Positions 20,705-31,804 are shown, counted from the stretch's first letter. The stretch is 64,000 nt of DNA from Paracoccaceae bacterium (GCA_049446275.1 JBMTQO010000007.1:2286-66285); one strand, 5' to 3'. Notes: generated by a model not told the origin, from the sequence alone. Numbers and translations are program-made.

Positions 20705-23389
20705 ATGTTTGGTCTAGGAACAATTACACGCAAGGTGTTTGGCACACAAAACGACCGCAAAGTAAAGTCTGTTCGTCCAATGATCGACAAGATAAACGCG
20801 CTGGAACCTGAATTTGAAGCTCTTAGTGACGCACAATTGATTGAGAAAACTGCCGAATTCAAGTCACGTTATGAAAGTGGTGAAACACTTGATGCCCTAT
20901 TGCCCGAGGCCTTTGCAAACTGTCGCGAGGGCGCAAAACGTGCACTGGGTCTGCGCGCATTTGATGTTCAGTTGATCGGCGGAATTTTCCTTCATCGAGG
21001 CAACATTGCAGAAATGAAAACGGGCGAAGGTAAAACATTGGTTGCAACCTTCCCAGCCTATTTGAACGCCTTGACAGGGCGCGGCGTGCACGTGGTTACC
21101 GTGAACGATTATCTTGCCAAGCGTGACGCAGACTGGATGTCAAATGTATTCACCGCCCTTGGGATGACAACAGGTGTTGTTTATCCACAGCAAGAAGAGG
21201 CAGAAAAATCTGATGCATATGCCTGTGACGTCACCTACGCCACGAACAACGAACTGGGGTTCGATTATTTGCGCGACAATATGCGTGGGAGTATCGAAGA
21301 AATGGCCCAGCGCGATCACCATTTTGCCATTGTTGACGAAGTAGACAGCATTCTGGTTGATGAGGCGCGAACTCCGTTGATTATTTCAGGTCCATCGCAA
21401 GATCGGTCAGACCTTTACATTAAGATCAATCAGTTAATCCCAGAGCTAAAAGACGAACACTACACGCTAGACGAAAAGACACGGAATGTAAGTTTTACAG
21501 ATGAAGGCAATGATTTCCTAGAAGAAATCCTTCAACTGCATGGCGTACTTCCCGAGGGTCAGTCACTTTATGATCCAGAAAGCACCACAATCGTCCATCA
21601 CGTGAACCAGGGTCTGCGCGCATTCAAACTTTTTACCCGTGATAAAGATTACATCGTACGTGACGGTCAAGTAGTTTTGATCGATGAATTTACCGGACGT
21701 ATGATGGCAGGACGCCGTTTATCTGATGGCCTACACCAAGCGATCGAGGCCAAAGAAGGATGCCAAATCCAGCCCGAAAATGTCACGCTGGCAAGTGTTA
21801 CGTTTCAAAACTATTTCCGCCTGTATGACAAATTAGGCGGCATGACAGGAACGGCAGCAACAGAAGCCGAAGAATTCATGGAAATCTATAAGCTTGGTGT
21901 TGTAGAAATCCCTACAAATCGCCCAATTGCGCGCCTAGATGAAGACGACAAAGTGTATCGTACGACCCAAGAAAAATACGATGCAATTGTCACAACAATC
22001 AAAGACGCCAATGCGAAGGGGCAACCAATTTTGGTTGGGACAACTTCAATTGAAAAATCGGAATTGTTATCCCAGCAACTGACTAATTCTGGAATAAAAC
22101 ATAACGTCCTAAATGCGCGTCAACATGAACAAGAGGCGCAAATTGTTGCAGATGCGGGTAAATTGGGTGCCGTTACGATCGCAACCAATATGGCAGGCCG
22201 CGGTACGGACATCAAACTGGGCGGCAATGTCGAATTCAAAATCATGGACGCTATCGCGGCCAACCCTGATGGAAATCCAGACGAAATTCGCGCGCAAATC
22301 GAAGAAGTGCATAAAGCAGATGAGCAAGCGGTCAAAGAAGCAGGTGGTTTGTTCGTATTGGCCACAGAACGCCATGAAAGCCGCCGCATTGATAACCAGT
22401 TGCGTGGTCGATCTGGTCGTCAGGGTGATCCGGGACGCTCGTCTTTCTTCCTAAGCCTTGATGATGACCTCATGCGTATCTTTGGATCAGAGCGGCTTGA
22501 TAAAATCTTAGGTACTTTGGGCATGCAAGAGGGCGAAGCTATCGAACACCCCTGGGTGAACAAGTCATTGGAACGTGCTCAGGCAAAGGTGGAAGGCCGA
22601 AACTTTGACATCCGCAAACAGCTCCTAAAATTTGACGATGTCATGAATGATCAGCGTAAGGCGATTTTTGAACAACGCTTGGACATCATGCAATCCGAAG
22701 ATCTAAATGAAATCATTGTTGATATGCGCAACGATGTTATAGACGATTTGATCGAAACCTACATGCCCCCACGCTCATATGCCGACCAGTGGGATACAGA
22801 AGGGTTGTACGCAGCGGTCATCGAAAACCTGAACCTGGATGTGCCTATCATTGCTTGGGCTGCAGAAGAAGGTGTAGACGATGATGTTTTGCGCGAGCGC
22901 CTGGAAGAAGCGGCGGATCAGCAGCTTGCCGAAAAACAAGAAGCCTTTGGCGCAGAAAGCTTTGCCCAAGTGCAACGCCAAGTTTTGCTTAGCACAATTG
23001 ACAGTAAATGGCGCGAACATCTGTTGATGTTGGAACATTTGCGTAGCGTTGTTAGTTTCCGCGGATATGCACAACGCGATCCATTAAACGAATACAAAAA
23101 TGAAGCGTTCCAGCTGTTTGAGTCGCTATTGAATGGGTTACGTGTAGATGTAACACAACAAATAGGTCGTGTGCGCCCACTGACAGAAGAAGAGCGGCAA
23201 GCAATGATGCAACAAATGTTGGCTCAGCAAATTCAAGCCCAAGGTGCACAGCAAGTGGGAGCCGAACAAGAAGCCGATGCATTGGATGTGTCTGAACTGC
23301 CAGAAGGCTGGGAACAAACAGGTCGGAATGAAGCCTGTCCTTGCGGGTCAGGTAAAAAATTCAAGCATTGTCATGGACGCTTGACCTAA
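20705..23389 (+). CDS. secA: Preprotein translocase ATPase SecA
   Basis: [41 protein letters not shown]-terminal [13 protein letters not shown]. Confidence 0.98.
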   Translation: MFGLGTITRKVFGTQNDRKVKSVRPMIDKINALEPEFEALSDAQLIEKTAEFKSRYESGETLDALLPEAFANCREGAKRALGLRAFDVQLIGGIFLHRGNIAEMKTGEGKTLVATFPAYLNALTGRGVHVVTVNDYLAKRDADWMSNVFTALGMTTGVVYPQQEEAEKSDAYACDVTYATNNELGFDYLRDNMRGSIEEMAQRDHHFAIVDEVDSILVDEARTPLIISGPSQDRSDLYIKINQLIPELKDEHYTLDEKTRNVSFTDEGNDFLEEILQLHGVLPEGQSLYDPESTTIVHHVNQGLRAFKLFTRDKDYIVRDGQVVLIDEFTGRMMAGRRLSDGLHQAIEAKEGCQIQPENVTLASVTFQNYFRLYDKLGGMTGTAATEAEEFMEIYKLGVVEIPTNRPIARLDEDDKVYRTTQEKYDAIVTTIKDANAKGQPILVGTTSIEKSELLSQQLTNSGIKHNVLNARQHEQEAQIVADAGKLGAVTIATNMAGRGTDIKLGGNVEFKIMDAIAANPDGNPDEIRAQIEEVHKADEQAVKEAGGLFVLATERHESRRIDNQLRGRSGRQGDPGRSSFFLSLDDDLMRIFGSERLDKILGTLGMQEGEAIEHPWVNKSLERAQAKVEGRNFDIRKQLLKFDDVMNDQRKAIFEQRLDIMQSEDLNEIIVDMRNDVIDDLIETYMPPRSYADQWDTEGLYAAVIENLNLDVPIIAWAAEEGVDDDVLRERLEEAADQQLAEKQEAFGAESFAQVQRQVLLSTIDSKWREHLLMLEHLRSVVSFRGYAQRDPLNEYKNEAFQLFESLLNGLRVDVTQQIGRVRPLTEEERQAMMQQMLAQQIQAQGAQQVGAEQEADALDVSELPEGWEQTGRNEACPCGSGKKFKHCHGRLT

Positions 23390-23458
23390 TATTTTGAAGC
23401 ACAACGATCCTCGTTGGGAGGAGTTAAGGCTTCGTTAAGTTCTTTATCAAATTTCAGT

Positions 23459-23490
23459 CCAAGGTTGACATCAATTGATGCCAACCTTGG
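23459..23490. repeat. 32-bp near-perfect palindrome between convergent secA and nhaA
   Basis: CCAAGGTTGACATCAATTGATGCCAACCTTGG; one mismatched pair, which is G-U on the minus strand. Confidence 0.8.
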
Positions 23491-23548
23491 TTAGGAAAAA
23501 TGAAGCACCGCCAAGCGGTGGGGCTTAATTGCAAATCTATATTGGTTT

Positions 23549-24796
23549 CTACAGCTCGTTTTTCTGAACTCCGAACATTTTGCCCGCTATAATTGAAAGT
23601 AGCGCTGCCCCAAAGCTGAATAATGCACCCATTTTGGCCGCATCCTGTACAGGCCCTGGTTCAAATGCAACCGATGCCACAAATAATGAAACGGTAAAGC
23701 CAATCGCAGCGACAAAGCCAATTACAATTAGGTCAACCAGTCGCATACCTTCTGGCATGCCTAGACGCATTGGTACCGCGGCAATCCATCCAAAGATGTA
23801 TATGCCAACCGGTTTACCAACGATCAAACCAAGAAGAACCAACCAAGTCGCGTCCCCAATCGCCTCAAATTTAACGCCTGCATTACATAGACCAAAGAAG
23901 AACAGAACAACCTCAACAGGATGCTTCAATGCATGTTCCATTGTGTTCAAAAGGTCATGTAAATGTTCATCAGCTTGGTTAAAGATACCAAACACACGAT
24001 CCGCATGTGGGATAGCTGGCACAATCGGTAGCAAACCCAAAGCAGGGTGCAAGCCTGAGCGCATGAAACCGTACCAGCTAATCGCGCCCGCAATCGCATA
24101 TGGCCAAAACGATAGTGATTTACGCACCCAAGTTGATTTACGGCGTAATTGATCGCCACGATCCATTCTGCGTGGCAGCCAGTTGAATAGCGCATAGGCA
24201 ACCGCAGCGATGCCAAATGACAACAACAGCCAGATCGGTGCTAATTCGCCGGAAGGATAGAAAATTGCCAAAATTATCAGGCCTGCTGCGTCATCTGCAA
24301 TCGCCAATAGCAACAAGAAGCGTACCGCCGGGTGCCCTGCACCAAAAACGATCCGACCGACAAGATAGCTAAAGGCGATATCTGTTGCAGTTGGGATCGC
24401 CCAGCCATTGGCAACCGCATCATAAGTTGTCGACCCCATAAGATATGCAACACCCAAATAAATCGAAATCGGACCGACCATGCCGCCAAACGTTGCAAAG
24501 AGAGGCGTCGCTGCCTTTTTGCCACGCAAACTGCCATCTTTCAACGCGACGGCTTCCCAAACTTCTTTGGCAGCAATAGCAAAGAACAATGCCATTAAAA
24601 TATCATTGACCAAGTAGTGCAAGGTCAGCGTGCGATGCCCATCGTGATAGTGCCCAATAGGGGCGTGATCCCAAATCTTGAATTCGACAAAATCGTGGTA
24701 GCTCTTGTAGTCGATATTCGCCCAAATTAGTGCGATGATCGCACCAATGATCAAAAGTAGGGAATAGTTGGTTAAGAAATTCCATACGCGATACAT
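23549..24796 (-). CDS. nhaA: Na+/H+ antiporter NhaA
   Basis: VNDILMALFF, GWAIPTATDIAF, LAIADD, IGFTVSLF. Start ATG 24796. Confidence 0.93.
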   Translation of the reverse strand: MYRVWNFLTNYSLLLIIGAIIALIWANIDYKSYHDFVEFKIWDHAPIGHYHDGHRTLTLHYLVNDILMALFFAIAAKEVWEAVALKDGSLRGKKAATPLFATFGGMVGPISIYLGVAYLMGSTTYDAVANGWAIPTATDIAFSYLVGRIVFGAGHPAVRFLLLLAIADDAAGLIILAIFYPSGELAPIWLLLSFGIAAVAYALFNWLPRRMDRGDQLRRKSTWVRKSLSFWPYAIAGAISWYGFMRSGLHPALGLLPIVPAIPHADRVFGIFNQADEHLHDLLNTMEHALKHPVEVVLFFFGLCNAGVKFEAIGDATWLVLLGLIVGKPVGIYIFGWIAAVPMRLGMPEGMRLVDLIVIGFVAAIGFTVSLFVASVAFEPGPVQDAAKMGALFSFGAALLSIIAGKMFGVQKNEL

Positions 24797-24998
24797 GTGT
24801 GTGTCCTCACTCGTCTGCTCGATCAGCCTCGTTGACATAAAGCATTTTTTCCACTTGGACAAATAAGATTGCCCCAATATTGCATTTTATTCCATACACA
24901 TGGATATCATCGACACGAAACGCATTGTTTTTGTGCACTGTGGTTTACATAAGCATCTTTTATTTCAGTTTTGACCATTTTCTTTCAAAATGCGCGGC

Positions 24999-25433
24999 CT
25001 ATTCCAAATGCATCCTTAGATTTCGCAAAACAGGCAAAACAGACTTTATTTCATCCTCACCTGAGTCGCGTACTAACTCTAAAATTACTGGGGCGACCAA
25101 GGCGATTGCGGCATCACGAGCACCCACGCCTGCGGGACTGATCGCCACCAACTTACGTCGCGCATCATCCCAATCAGGACGGATGTGTATGTAGCCAGAA
25201 ATTTCTAATTTGCCCAATGTATTGGTCATAGCCCCACGGGTGACATGGAAACTTTTAGCCAATTGGGCAGGTGTTTTTTCGCCCTTGGTATTCGCAAGAT
25301 GATTCAATACCGAAAAATGTGAAAGCTCCATGCCCTTCGGCAATACACGGTCCAATTGATTACGTATGAGTTGATGCACCGTAAGGATTTCGCCGAACAA
25401 TGCAATTGCTAGGGCACTTTCACTATCAACCAT
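24999..25433 (-). CDS. MarR-family transcriptional regulator
   Basis: Winged HTH TPAQLAKSFHVTRGAMTNTL..LE..G, DDARRK. Confidence 0.88.
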   Translation of the reverse strand: MVDSESALAIALFGEILTVHQLIRNQLDRVLPKGMELSHFSVLNHLANTKGEKTPAQLAKSFHVTRGAMTNTLGKLEISGYIHIRPDWDDARRKLVAISPAGVGARDAAIALVAPVILELVRDSGEDEIKSVLPVLRNLRMHLE

Positions 25434-25434
25434 G

Positions 25435-26262
25435 TCATGGCTCTCTAAATGATTGATTTGACAGGATTGATGGTACACGCGCACGCGTGGTTTCAACAAG
25501 TGATAAATCTAAATCAGCATAAATTATGCCCTGATCTTCTCCTGCGTCTGCCAATATTTCACCCCAGGGTGAGACAATCATCGAGTGCCCATATGTTTTG
25601 CGAGGGCGTCCTTCACTGGTTTGATGTTCACCAGTTTGTGCAGCCGCAATAACAAAACAACCCGTTTCAATCGCGCGTGCACGCAGCAATACTTCCCAGT
25701 GTGCGCGGCCAGTTGGAAGTGCAAAGGCAGCAGGAATAAGCAATATTGATGCCCCCGATTTTGCAAGCCCAAGATACAGATGAGGAAAGCGGATATCATA
25801 GCAAATCGTCATTCCGATTTTTCCGAATGAGGTTTCTGCGATAACCGCTTGATCACCTGGTCGATACCCATCGGACTCGTGGTACTGCTCCGTTTCAGAA
25901 AGCGTCACATCAAACATATGAATTTTATCATAGTGCGCAACGATCTGACCCGCTGGGTCAATAATGAAAGATCGATTTGTAAATCGATCTTCGTTAGGCA
26001 ATTTCAAAGCAAGTGACCCAACAGAAATCCAAATTCCAAACCGAGTGGCCGCAGTTTGTAATCCTGCCAGGGTTTGATCATCATCCTGTAGCGCGAGAAC
26101 TTCATTCTGCTGACGACGCGAATTTGACACACAGTTGATCACCTCCGGTGTCGCAACAAACTGCGCACCCATTTCAGATGCCCGCTGAACCATCGACAAT
26201 GTAATATCAAGATTCGCAACTGGATCGTCAGAGCTACATAGCTGCAGGACCGCAACTTTCAT
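25435..26262 (-). CDS. Carbon-nitrogen hydrolase (Nit1-like, putative deaminated-glutathione amidase)
   Basis: E-K-C triad: TPE, YDKIHMFDV, ICYDIRFP; LRARAIE; next to grxC. Confidence 0.9.
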   Translation of the reverse strand: MKVAVLQLCSSDDPVANLDITLSMVQRASEMGAQFVATPEVINCVSNSRRQQNEVLALQDDDQTLAGLQTAATRFGIWISVGSLALKLPNEDRFTNRSFIIDPAGQIVAHYDKIHMFDVTLSETEQYHESDGYRPGDQAVIAETSFGKIGMTICYDIRFPHLYLGLAKSGASILLIPAAFALPTGRAHWEVLLRARAIETGCFVIAAAQTGEHQTSEGRPRKTYGHSMIVSPWGEILADAGEDQGIIYADLDLSLVETTRARVPSILSNQSFREP

Positions 26263-26519
26263 CAAGATGCCTGCAACAGCGGGGCAAGTTTTCCCGCACG
26301 TTCCAACGCATAAAGATCATCACACCCGCCGACATGATGCTCATCAATGAAAATTTGCGGAACCGTACGACCGCCATTGGATCGTTGGACCATTTCTTCT
26401 CGACGCTCTGGTTCGTTTGCTAGGTTAACTTCCACAAACTCAGCCCCTTTGCTTTGCAAAAGACGTTTTGCAGCATGACAGTAACCACAGAACGGGCTAG
26501 TATAAATTTGAATGCTCAT
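26262..26519 (-). CDS. grxC: Glutaredoxin 3
   Basis: CGYC active site, TVPQIFI, GGCDDL. Confidence 0.94.
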   Translation of the reverse strand: MSIQIYTSPFCGYCHAAKRLLQSKGAEFVEVNLANEPERREEMVQRSNGGRTVPQIFIDEHHVGGCDDLYALERAGKLAPLLQAS

Positions 26520-26543
26520 CTCATTCTATCCTTTGCAAATCAC

Positions 26544-27278
26544 TTAGGCGTTTTCTGTCACTCTTTCCAGTACAAGAACACAAATATAACTCAACCCCTC
26601 CTTTATAAGCGTTTTTGCAGCAGCACTAAGCATAGCGCCTGGGGTCATAACATCGTCAATCAAGACGATGTTTCGATCTTTTATCTTCTGCGCTTGCTGA
26701 GAAGTTATATCAAAAACATTTTCTAACATTGAAAGACTTTCTCTTCGATTAACCTCCTCTAACGGTAGTGTTTTTATTGGACGCAGTAGAAGGTCAGGTT
26801 TCAAATCGGCTCAGAATTTTTCTAAACATATTTTGCTCGAACTTCGGACTGATTATATTTGTGTTTCAAAGATCACTACTAATATACGGGCGCTGTGATG
26901 ATGAGTGTCGATTCTGTCAGTAAATCAGCCCCGATTTGAGCCATCCAACCTTCGGTAGGTGCGGCAAGTTCTGTTCGATCTCCATGCTTCAATTCAAATA
27001 GCATTTTGAGCGACAAGTAGTTACAATAAGACACTGTCCACCCCCATCCCCAAAAGAGGCGGGTTTTGCACACAGACGTCGCACTCCGCACCCAAGGTTT
27101 CAGTGTTTTCCATCACTGGCGTGTCGAACCGTTTACATGCACAATCCACATTAAAAGGCATTTTACGCCAATATGAAGCACACAGCGCATTTTCAGATTC
27201 CAGGTGTCCACGACACAAAATGCGCCGCGCTAGATGCATCAGATGCATAGCGGTTTGAATAACACGCGATTTCAGCAT
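26544..27278 (-). pseudogene. comF: Decayed ComF (competence protein F, zinc finger + PRTase)
   Basis: Fragments in different frames: degenerate Cys-rich N-terminus; LKHGDRTELA; PVY***SLKHKYNQS with three consecutive stops where PLHWRR..RRYNQS is expected; VLIDDVMTPG PRTase motif. Sits between grxC and the BioC-like gene. Confidence 0.87.
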
Positions 27279-27289
27279 ATTTGATCAGT

Positions 27290-28111
27290 ATGACAGGACA
27301 AAACCAATTAATTGACCGCAACGCGCTTTTGCGAAACCGCGCACGTCGTATGACACAACAGGGAACGTTTTTGCACGACCTAGCAATCGCTGATGTGCAG
27401 GATAGGCTGATGATGGTTAACAAATCTTTTAAGGAAGTTGCGATCATTACAGGTTGGGCAGATCCATGGGCCGCTGCCTTTCCAGCAGCGCGTGTGATTG
27501 AGGACACTGATGTCTTGGATTTATCAGTGCAAAGTTGTGATCTGATCATTAATGCATTGGCCCTGCACTGCGCGAACGATCCACTTGGACAAATCATTCA
27601 ATGCGCGCGCAGCCTGCGCCCAGATGGTTTGTTTATTGCAATATGCTTTGGTGGTCAGACCTTGCAAGAGCTTAGGAGTGCTTTGGCAACAGCAGAAAGC
27701 CAGATTATGGGTGGGCTATCGCCCCGCGTCCTTCCCATGGCTGACCTTCAGGATTTGGGAGCATTGCTTCAACGTGCGAAGCTTGCGTTGCCCGTGGCAG
27801 ATAGTGCCGCACAAAAAGTCACCTACTCAGATTTATATGCATTGATGGATGATCTGCGCGCGATGGGTGAAGCCAACCCTATGACCGATCGTTCACGACG
27901 CTTCACGCCCTCTAGCCTCTTCCAGCGGGCAGAGGCGATCTACAAAGCAGAATTTGCAAACTCTGATGAACAGTTGATCGCAACCTTCGAACAGATTTTC
28001 CTAACCGGATGGGCGCCAGACGAAAGTCAACAAAAGCCACTACGCCCAGGTTCGGCAAAAATCCGACTTGCAGATGCCCTTGGTGTCGCAGAACACAATT
28101 TGAAAGATTGA
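27290..28111 (+). CDS. SAM-dependent methyltransferase (BioC/NDUFAF5-like)
   Basis: LALHCANDPLG, LRPDGLF, GGLSPRV.P, GWAPDESQQKPLRPGSAK; divergent from comF. Confidence 0.87.
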   Translation: MTGQNQLIDRNALLRNRARRMTQQGTFLHDLAIADVQDRLMMVNKSFKEVAIITGWADPWAAAFPAARVIEDTDVLDLSVQSCDLIINALALHCANDPLGQIIQCARSLRPDGLFIAICFGGQTLQELRSALATAESQIMGGLSPRVLPMADLQDLGALLQRAKLALPVADSAAQKVTYSDLYALMDDLRAMGEANPMTDRSRRFTPSSLFQRAEAIYKAEFANSDEQLIATFEQIFLTGWAPDESQQKPLRPGSAKIRLADALGVAEHNLKD

Positions 28112-28162
28112 CCACAGGCATGATTGCCTTATGTCTGGTTGGACTAACAGAATGACAGAAGA

Positions 28163-29224
28163 ATGTTTGATAAAAATACTCCCCTAAGTTGCCCTGTGCA
28201 CGCAGCGCCGGATCATCCCAAAGTACCTCAACCAAAGGTTGGGATCCTAATTGCGAATTTGGGAACACCAGACAATTATGATTATTGGTCGATGCGTCGA
28301 TACCTGGGCGAGTTTTTATCAGACAAACGCGTGATTGATTATCCCGCTTACCTTTGGCAACCACTTCTTCAATTGATTATTTTGACATCTCGCCCGTTCC
28401 GTTCGGGCGCGGCCTATAAATCAATTTGGAATGAAGAAGAGGGTGAAAGCCCGCTGATGACGATTACCAAAGCGCAGACAGCCAAGATCAAAGAGCGCGC
28501 GAATGAAATGTATGGCGATCAAGTCGTGGTCGATTTCGCCATGCGTTATGGCAATCCTTCGACCAAGTCCAAGGTCCGCGAAATGGTGGCAAAGGGATGT
28601 TCAAAAATCTTATTCTTTCCCTTGTATCCCCATTACGCTGGTGCGACATCTGCGACAGCAAATGATCAATTTTTCCGCGCTTTGATGGATGAAAAATGGC
28701 AACCTATTGCGCGCGTTATTGAACCATATTTTGATGACACTGCATATATTGAAGCTTTGGCTCAATCCGTCGAACAAGCCTATGCAAAGACAGAAAATAA
28801 ACCAGAGGTGCTTGTCTGTTCATATCATGGCGTGCCAAAACGCTATTTGATGCAGGGTGACCCCTACCATTGCCAATGTCAAAAAACGACACGACTTCTG
28901 AAAGAGCGTTTGGGATGGGCTGATACAGATATCGTGACAACATTCCAATCCAAGTTTGGCCCAGAAGAGTGGTTAAAACCATATACTGTGGAAGAAGTCG
29001 CGCGGCTTGCAGAAGAAGATGGCAAGAAGCGAATCGCAGTTATTGCACCTGCGTTTTCGGCAGACTGTATTGAGACACTTGAAGAAATTAATGAAGAAAT
29101 TAAAGAAAGCTTTGAAGAAGCAGGCGGTGAAGAGTTCACCTATATTCCATGCCTGAACGATGATGATGCACATATCGATGCGCTGACTCAGATTATAAGT
29201 CGAAACCTACAAGGTTGGCTTTGA
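28163..29224 (+). CDS. hemH: Ferrochelatase
   Basis: ANLGTPD, EFLSDKRVI, FAMRYGNPS, PLYPHY, QSKFG..EWL.P, DCIETLEE. Confidence 0.96.
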   Translation: MFDKNTPLSCPVHAAPDHPKVPQPKVGILIANLGTPDNYDYWSMRRYLGEFLSDKRVIDYPAYLWQPLLQLIILTSRPFRSGAAYKSIWNEEEGESPLMTITKAQTAKIKERANEMYGDQVVVDFAMRYGNPSTKSKVREMVAKGCSKILFFPLYPHYAGATSATANDQFFRALMDEKWQPIARVIEPYFDDTAYIEALAQSVEQAYAKTENKPEVLVCSYHGVPKRYLMQGDPYHCQCQKTTRLLKERLGWADTDIVTTFQSKFGPEEWLKPYTVEEVARLAEEDGKKRIAVIAPAFSADCIETLEEINEEIKESFEEAGGEEFTYIPCLNDDDAHIDALTQIISRNLQGWL

Positions 29225-29227
29225 TTT

Positions 29228-29626
29228 TCAAATCTTGCGTTTAAAGACGCCAGTGGCCGTTGCGGCCACTGCACCCAAATCATCGCTAACACTCGCTTCA
29301 GCAAAAAACGTTTTGTAACCGCCACCTGTTAAATTGGCGGTCGTGGTCAAACGACTTCCAGTGGCCTTTTCCATGTAATTCACTGATAGATTAAGTGTCA
29401 TGACAATATGCGGGTTATCTGGGTCACCAGTGTACGATCCTGCAAAACCCATTGCCGTATCCAGTACAGTGGCGAGCGCCCCACCATGCGGAATACCCTC
29501 ACGATTTAACAAATGCGGACCGATCGGCATGATGAGTTTTGCGAACCCTTCGGACCATTCTACCAATTCATAGCCCATGTGTTTTTGAAAGCCACTAAGT
29601 GCTTCGTTTAAGTCTACACTGTGCAT
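29228..29626 (-). CDS. PaaI-family (hotdog) acyl-CoA thioesterase
   Basis: LNREGIPHGGALATVLDTAMG motif, 132 aa. Confidence 0.88.
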   Translation of the reverse strand: MHSVDLNEALSGFQKHMGYELVEWSEGFAKLIMPIGPHLLNREGIPHGGALATVLDTAMGFAGSYTGDPDNPHIVMTLNLSVNYMEKATGSRLTTTANLTGGGYKTFFAEASVSDDLGAVAATATGVFKRKI

Positions 29627-30654
29627 GTTGATACCGTTTTTGCCGCAGCAAGGCCTTGGCGTGCAAATCCATCAACATATTTTCCCAATCGTAATGCTCG
29701 TTGCGGATCAGCCGCATTGCCGTCTAATGCGCGTTTTTTCACACCCTGTAAAATGCCCGCCATTCGGAAGAAACAAAAAGCCAAATAAAAACCAAAATTA
29801 TCAATGCCCACGATCCCACGGCGATCACAATATTCATCGATGAATTCCTGATCACTCGGCAATCCATTTTCTGTACGATCCACTCCTTCCAGACCACGTC
29901 CATCTTTTCCCACAGGCATGCGCCACTGCATGATGACGGCCGCAAGGTCAGCATATGGATGCCCCAACGTAGACAATTCCCAATCAAGAACCGCAACACA
30001 ATTTGGTCCATTCTTTGAAAATAACAAATTGTCTATCCGGTAATCACCGTGAACCAAACTTCTTTGGCCGTCGTCGTCGGGCATATTTTGATCCAGCCAG
30101 ATCATCAAATCATCCATATCTGGGATACTTTCAGTTTCTGTAGCCTTATACTGTTTTGACCATCGGTCAGTTTGACGCTGAAAATAATTTCCAGGTGCAC
30201 CATAATCGTCAAGACCCGTAGCAATCAGGTCAACCGCATGAATATTAGCTAGAACTCGATTCATCTCAGAATAAACAGCTTTGCGCTGATCTAAACTCAC
30301 CTCAAGCAACTGCGGGTCATCAAAACTCCGCCCATCAATCATATCCATCACATAAAATGCGGCTCCAAGCACATCGTCATCCACGCAAAGTGCATGCATT
30401 CTAGCGACAGGGATATTTGTTTCTGACAAAGCACTCTGCACCCGAAATTCACGGTCAACTGCATGCGCTGATTTAAGCAACACGCCTGGTGGCTTGCGAC
30501 GAAGAACATAGGATCCACTGCGCGCATTTAGTCGAAATGTCGGATTGGACTGTCCACCAGCCAGCTTGATGATATCAAAAGGTCCCTGAAACCCTTGAAC
30601 ATGTTCCTTAAGCCAGGGTTCCAATTTCAGGGGATTAACAAGTTCATGGTCCAT
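29614..30654 (-). CDS. Phosphotransferase (APH family, ACAD10/11 N-terminal kinase-like)
   Basis: GGQSNPTF, YVLRRKPPG.LL.SAHAVDREF, HGDYRIDN, AVLDWELSTLGHP. Confidence 0.9.
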   Translation of the reverse strand: MDHELVNPLKLEPWLKEHVQGFQGPFDIIKLAGGQSNPTFRLNARSGSYVLRRKPPGVLLKSAHAVDREFRVQSALSETNIPVARMHALCVDDDVLGAAFYVMDMIDGRSFDDPQLLEVSLDQRKAVYSEMNRVLANIHAVDLIATGLDDYGAPGNYFQRQTDRWSKQYKATETESIPDMDDLMIWLDQNMPDDDGQRSLVHGDYRIDNLLFSKNGPNCVAVLDWELSTLGHPYADLAAVIMQWRMPVGKDGRGLEGVDRTENGLPSDQEFIDEYCDRRGIVGIDNFGFYLAFCFFRMAGILQGVKKRALDGNAADPQRALRLGKYVDGFARQGLAAAKTVSTCTV

Positions 30655-30665
30655 AATCTAACATC

Positions 30666-31337
30666 CTAACTATAGGTTAACAGATGCTGCGTTTTCGCAG
30701 AAACAAATGGGGTTTCGTTGAACGCGTTTAGAAAAAAACCGCCTGTTCGACGTGAGTAGATGAATGTCGACATAGAAGCATTTTTGATTTGCAACTGAAG
30801 ATCAACTTGCTTTGCATGTGCAGCACCTAGCGCATTAGCAACAATCTTTGAAATTGCACCACCCGAGCTCACAACCAAAATTGTATCGCCCTCTAGTTCG
30901 AAAATCGTCTGCTGCGCCCGCTTCAATCGTGTATCAAACGTGGTCCAGGACTCCGGAGGGTTAGCAATTTCATCGTTCTGCCACTTAGCGATAGTTTCTC
31001 GCAGTAAGCGAAAATGCGTTTTGCGATTCGTATGTATTCCCGCAGGAGTTTTGCCGCCGGCAAAACGTGCGTCCAATAGACCTGTAAAATCGTATTCATT
31101 TAAATCTGGCGTAATGATCTGGTCTTTGACCTGCGTGCCCATTCCCCAGGTTACACCTTTGAGGGTTTCAGCATGGCGCACCATGTCCCCGCGAACCCAA
31201 TGATCTATTGTGATCCCTTGTTCGAAGAGTGCTGCGCCTAGCGCAACTGCTTGTTCATGTCCAACCTCGGACAACTTATCGTAATTCGCTTGGCCAAATT
31301 GTGCCTGACCGTGTCGAACAAATATGATCTTAGGCAC
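30666..31337 (-). CDS. Histidine phosphatase family protein
   Basis: RHGQA motif, LNEYDF, VVSSGGAI. GTG start at 31337. Confidence 0.87.
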   Translation of the reverse strand: MPKIIFVRHGQAQFGQANYDKLSEVGHEQAVALGAALFEQGITIDHWVRGDMVRHAETLKGVTWGMGTQVKDQIITPDLNEYDFTGLLDARFAGGKTPAGIHTNRKTHFRLLRETIAKWQNDEIANPPESWTTFDTRLKRAQQTIFELEGDTILVVSSGGAISKIVANALGAAHAKQVDLQLQIKNASMSTFIYSRRTGGFFLNAFNETPFVSAKTQHLLTYS

Positions 31338-31339
31338 TC

Positions 31340-31804
31340 TTATTCTCCCACGTAGTCGCGGCCAATCCATTTTGCAATCAATGCAAGCTTATCTTCGTTT
31401 TCTATCTCGACCTTAACTTCCCAAACGTTCGTCACTTCACCTGGCCGCGACTCACGTAACTCTTGTAGGGTGAAATGGCCGCGAATGCGTGCGCCCGCTT
31501 TTACAGGGGCAAGAAATCTGATTTTATCAAACCCATAATTTACGCCCATTTTTGATCCAATAATGTTTGGTACAACATCGTAAAACATTGCAGACAACAT
31601 GGACAATGTTAGGAAACCATGCGCGATGGTCGTTCCAAATGGTGTGTCTTTTGCACGATTTGTGTCGATATGAATAAATTGAAAATCTTCGGTATTTTTT
31701 GCAAATTCATCAATGCGCGCTTGGTCAATCAAATACCATTCACTCACGCCAAAACTTGTCCCAACACGCTCGTGATATTCCGTAATGGTCATCTGTTTTG
31801 TCAT
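31340..31804 (-). CDS. MaoC-family dehydratase (NodN-like, R-specific hydratase fold)
   Basis: TEDFQFIHID, TIAHGFLTLS, NYGFDKIRFLAPV. Confidence 0.9.
   Translation of the reverse strand: MTKQMTITEYHERVGTSFGVSEWYLIDQARIDEFAKNTEDFQFIHIDTNRAKDTPFGTTIAHGFLTLSMLSAMFYDVVPNIIGSKMGVNYGFDKIRFLAPVKAGARIRGHFTLQELRESRPGEVTNVWEVKVEIENEDKLALIAKWIGRDYVGE

Noticed and set aside
24797-24998. nhaA-I/nhaA-II (Li+/Na+) riboswitch upstream of nhaA
   Set aside because: The leader is AT-rich, with no convincing stems or recalled conserved nucleotides. A cmscan would be needed to exclude it fully.
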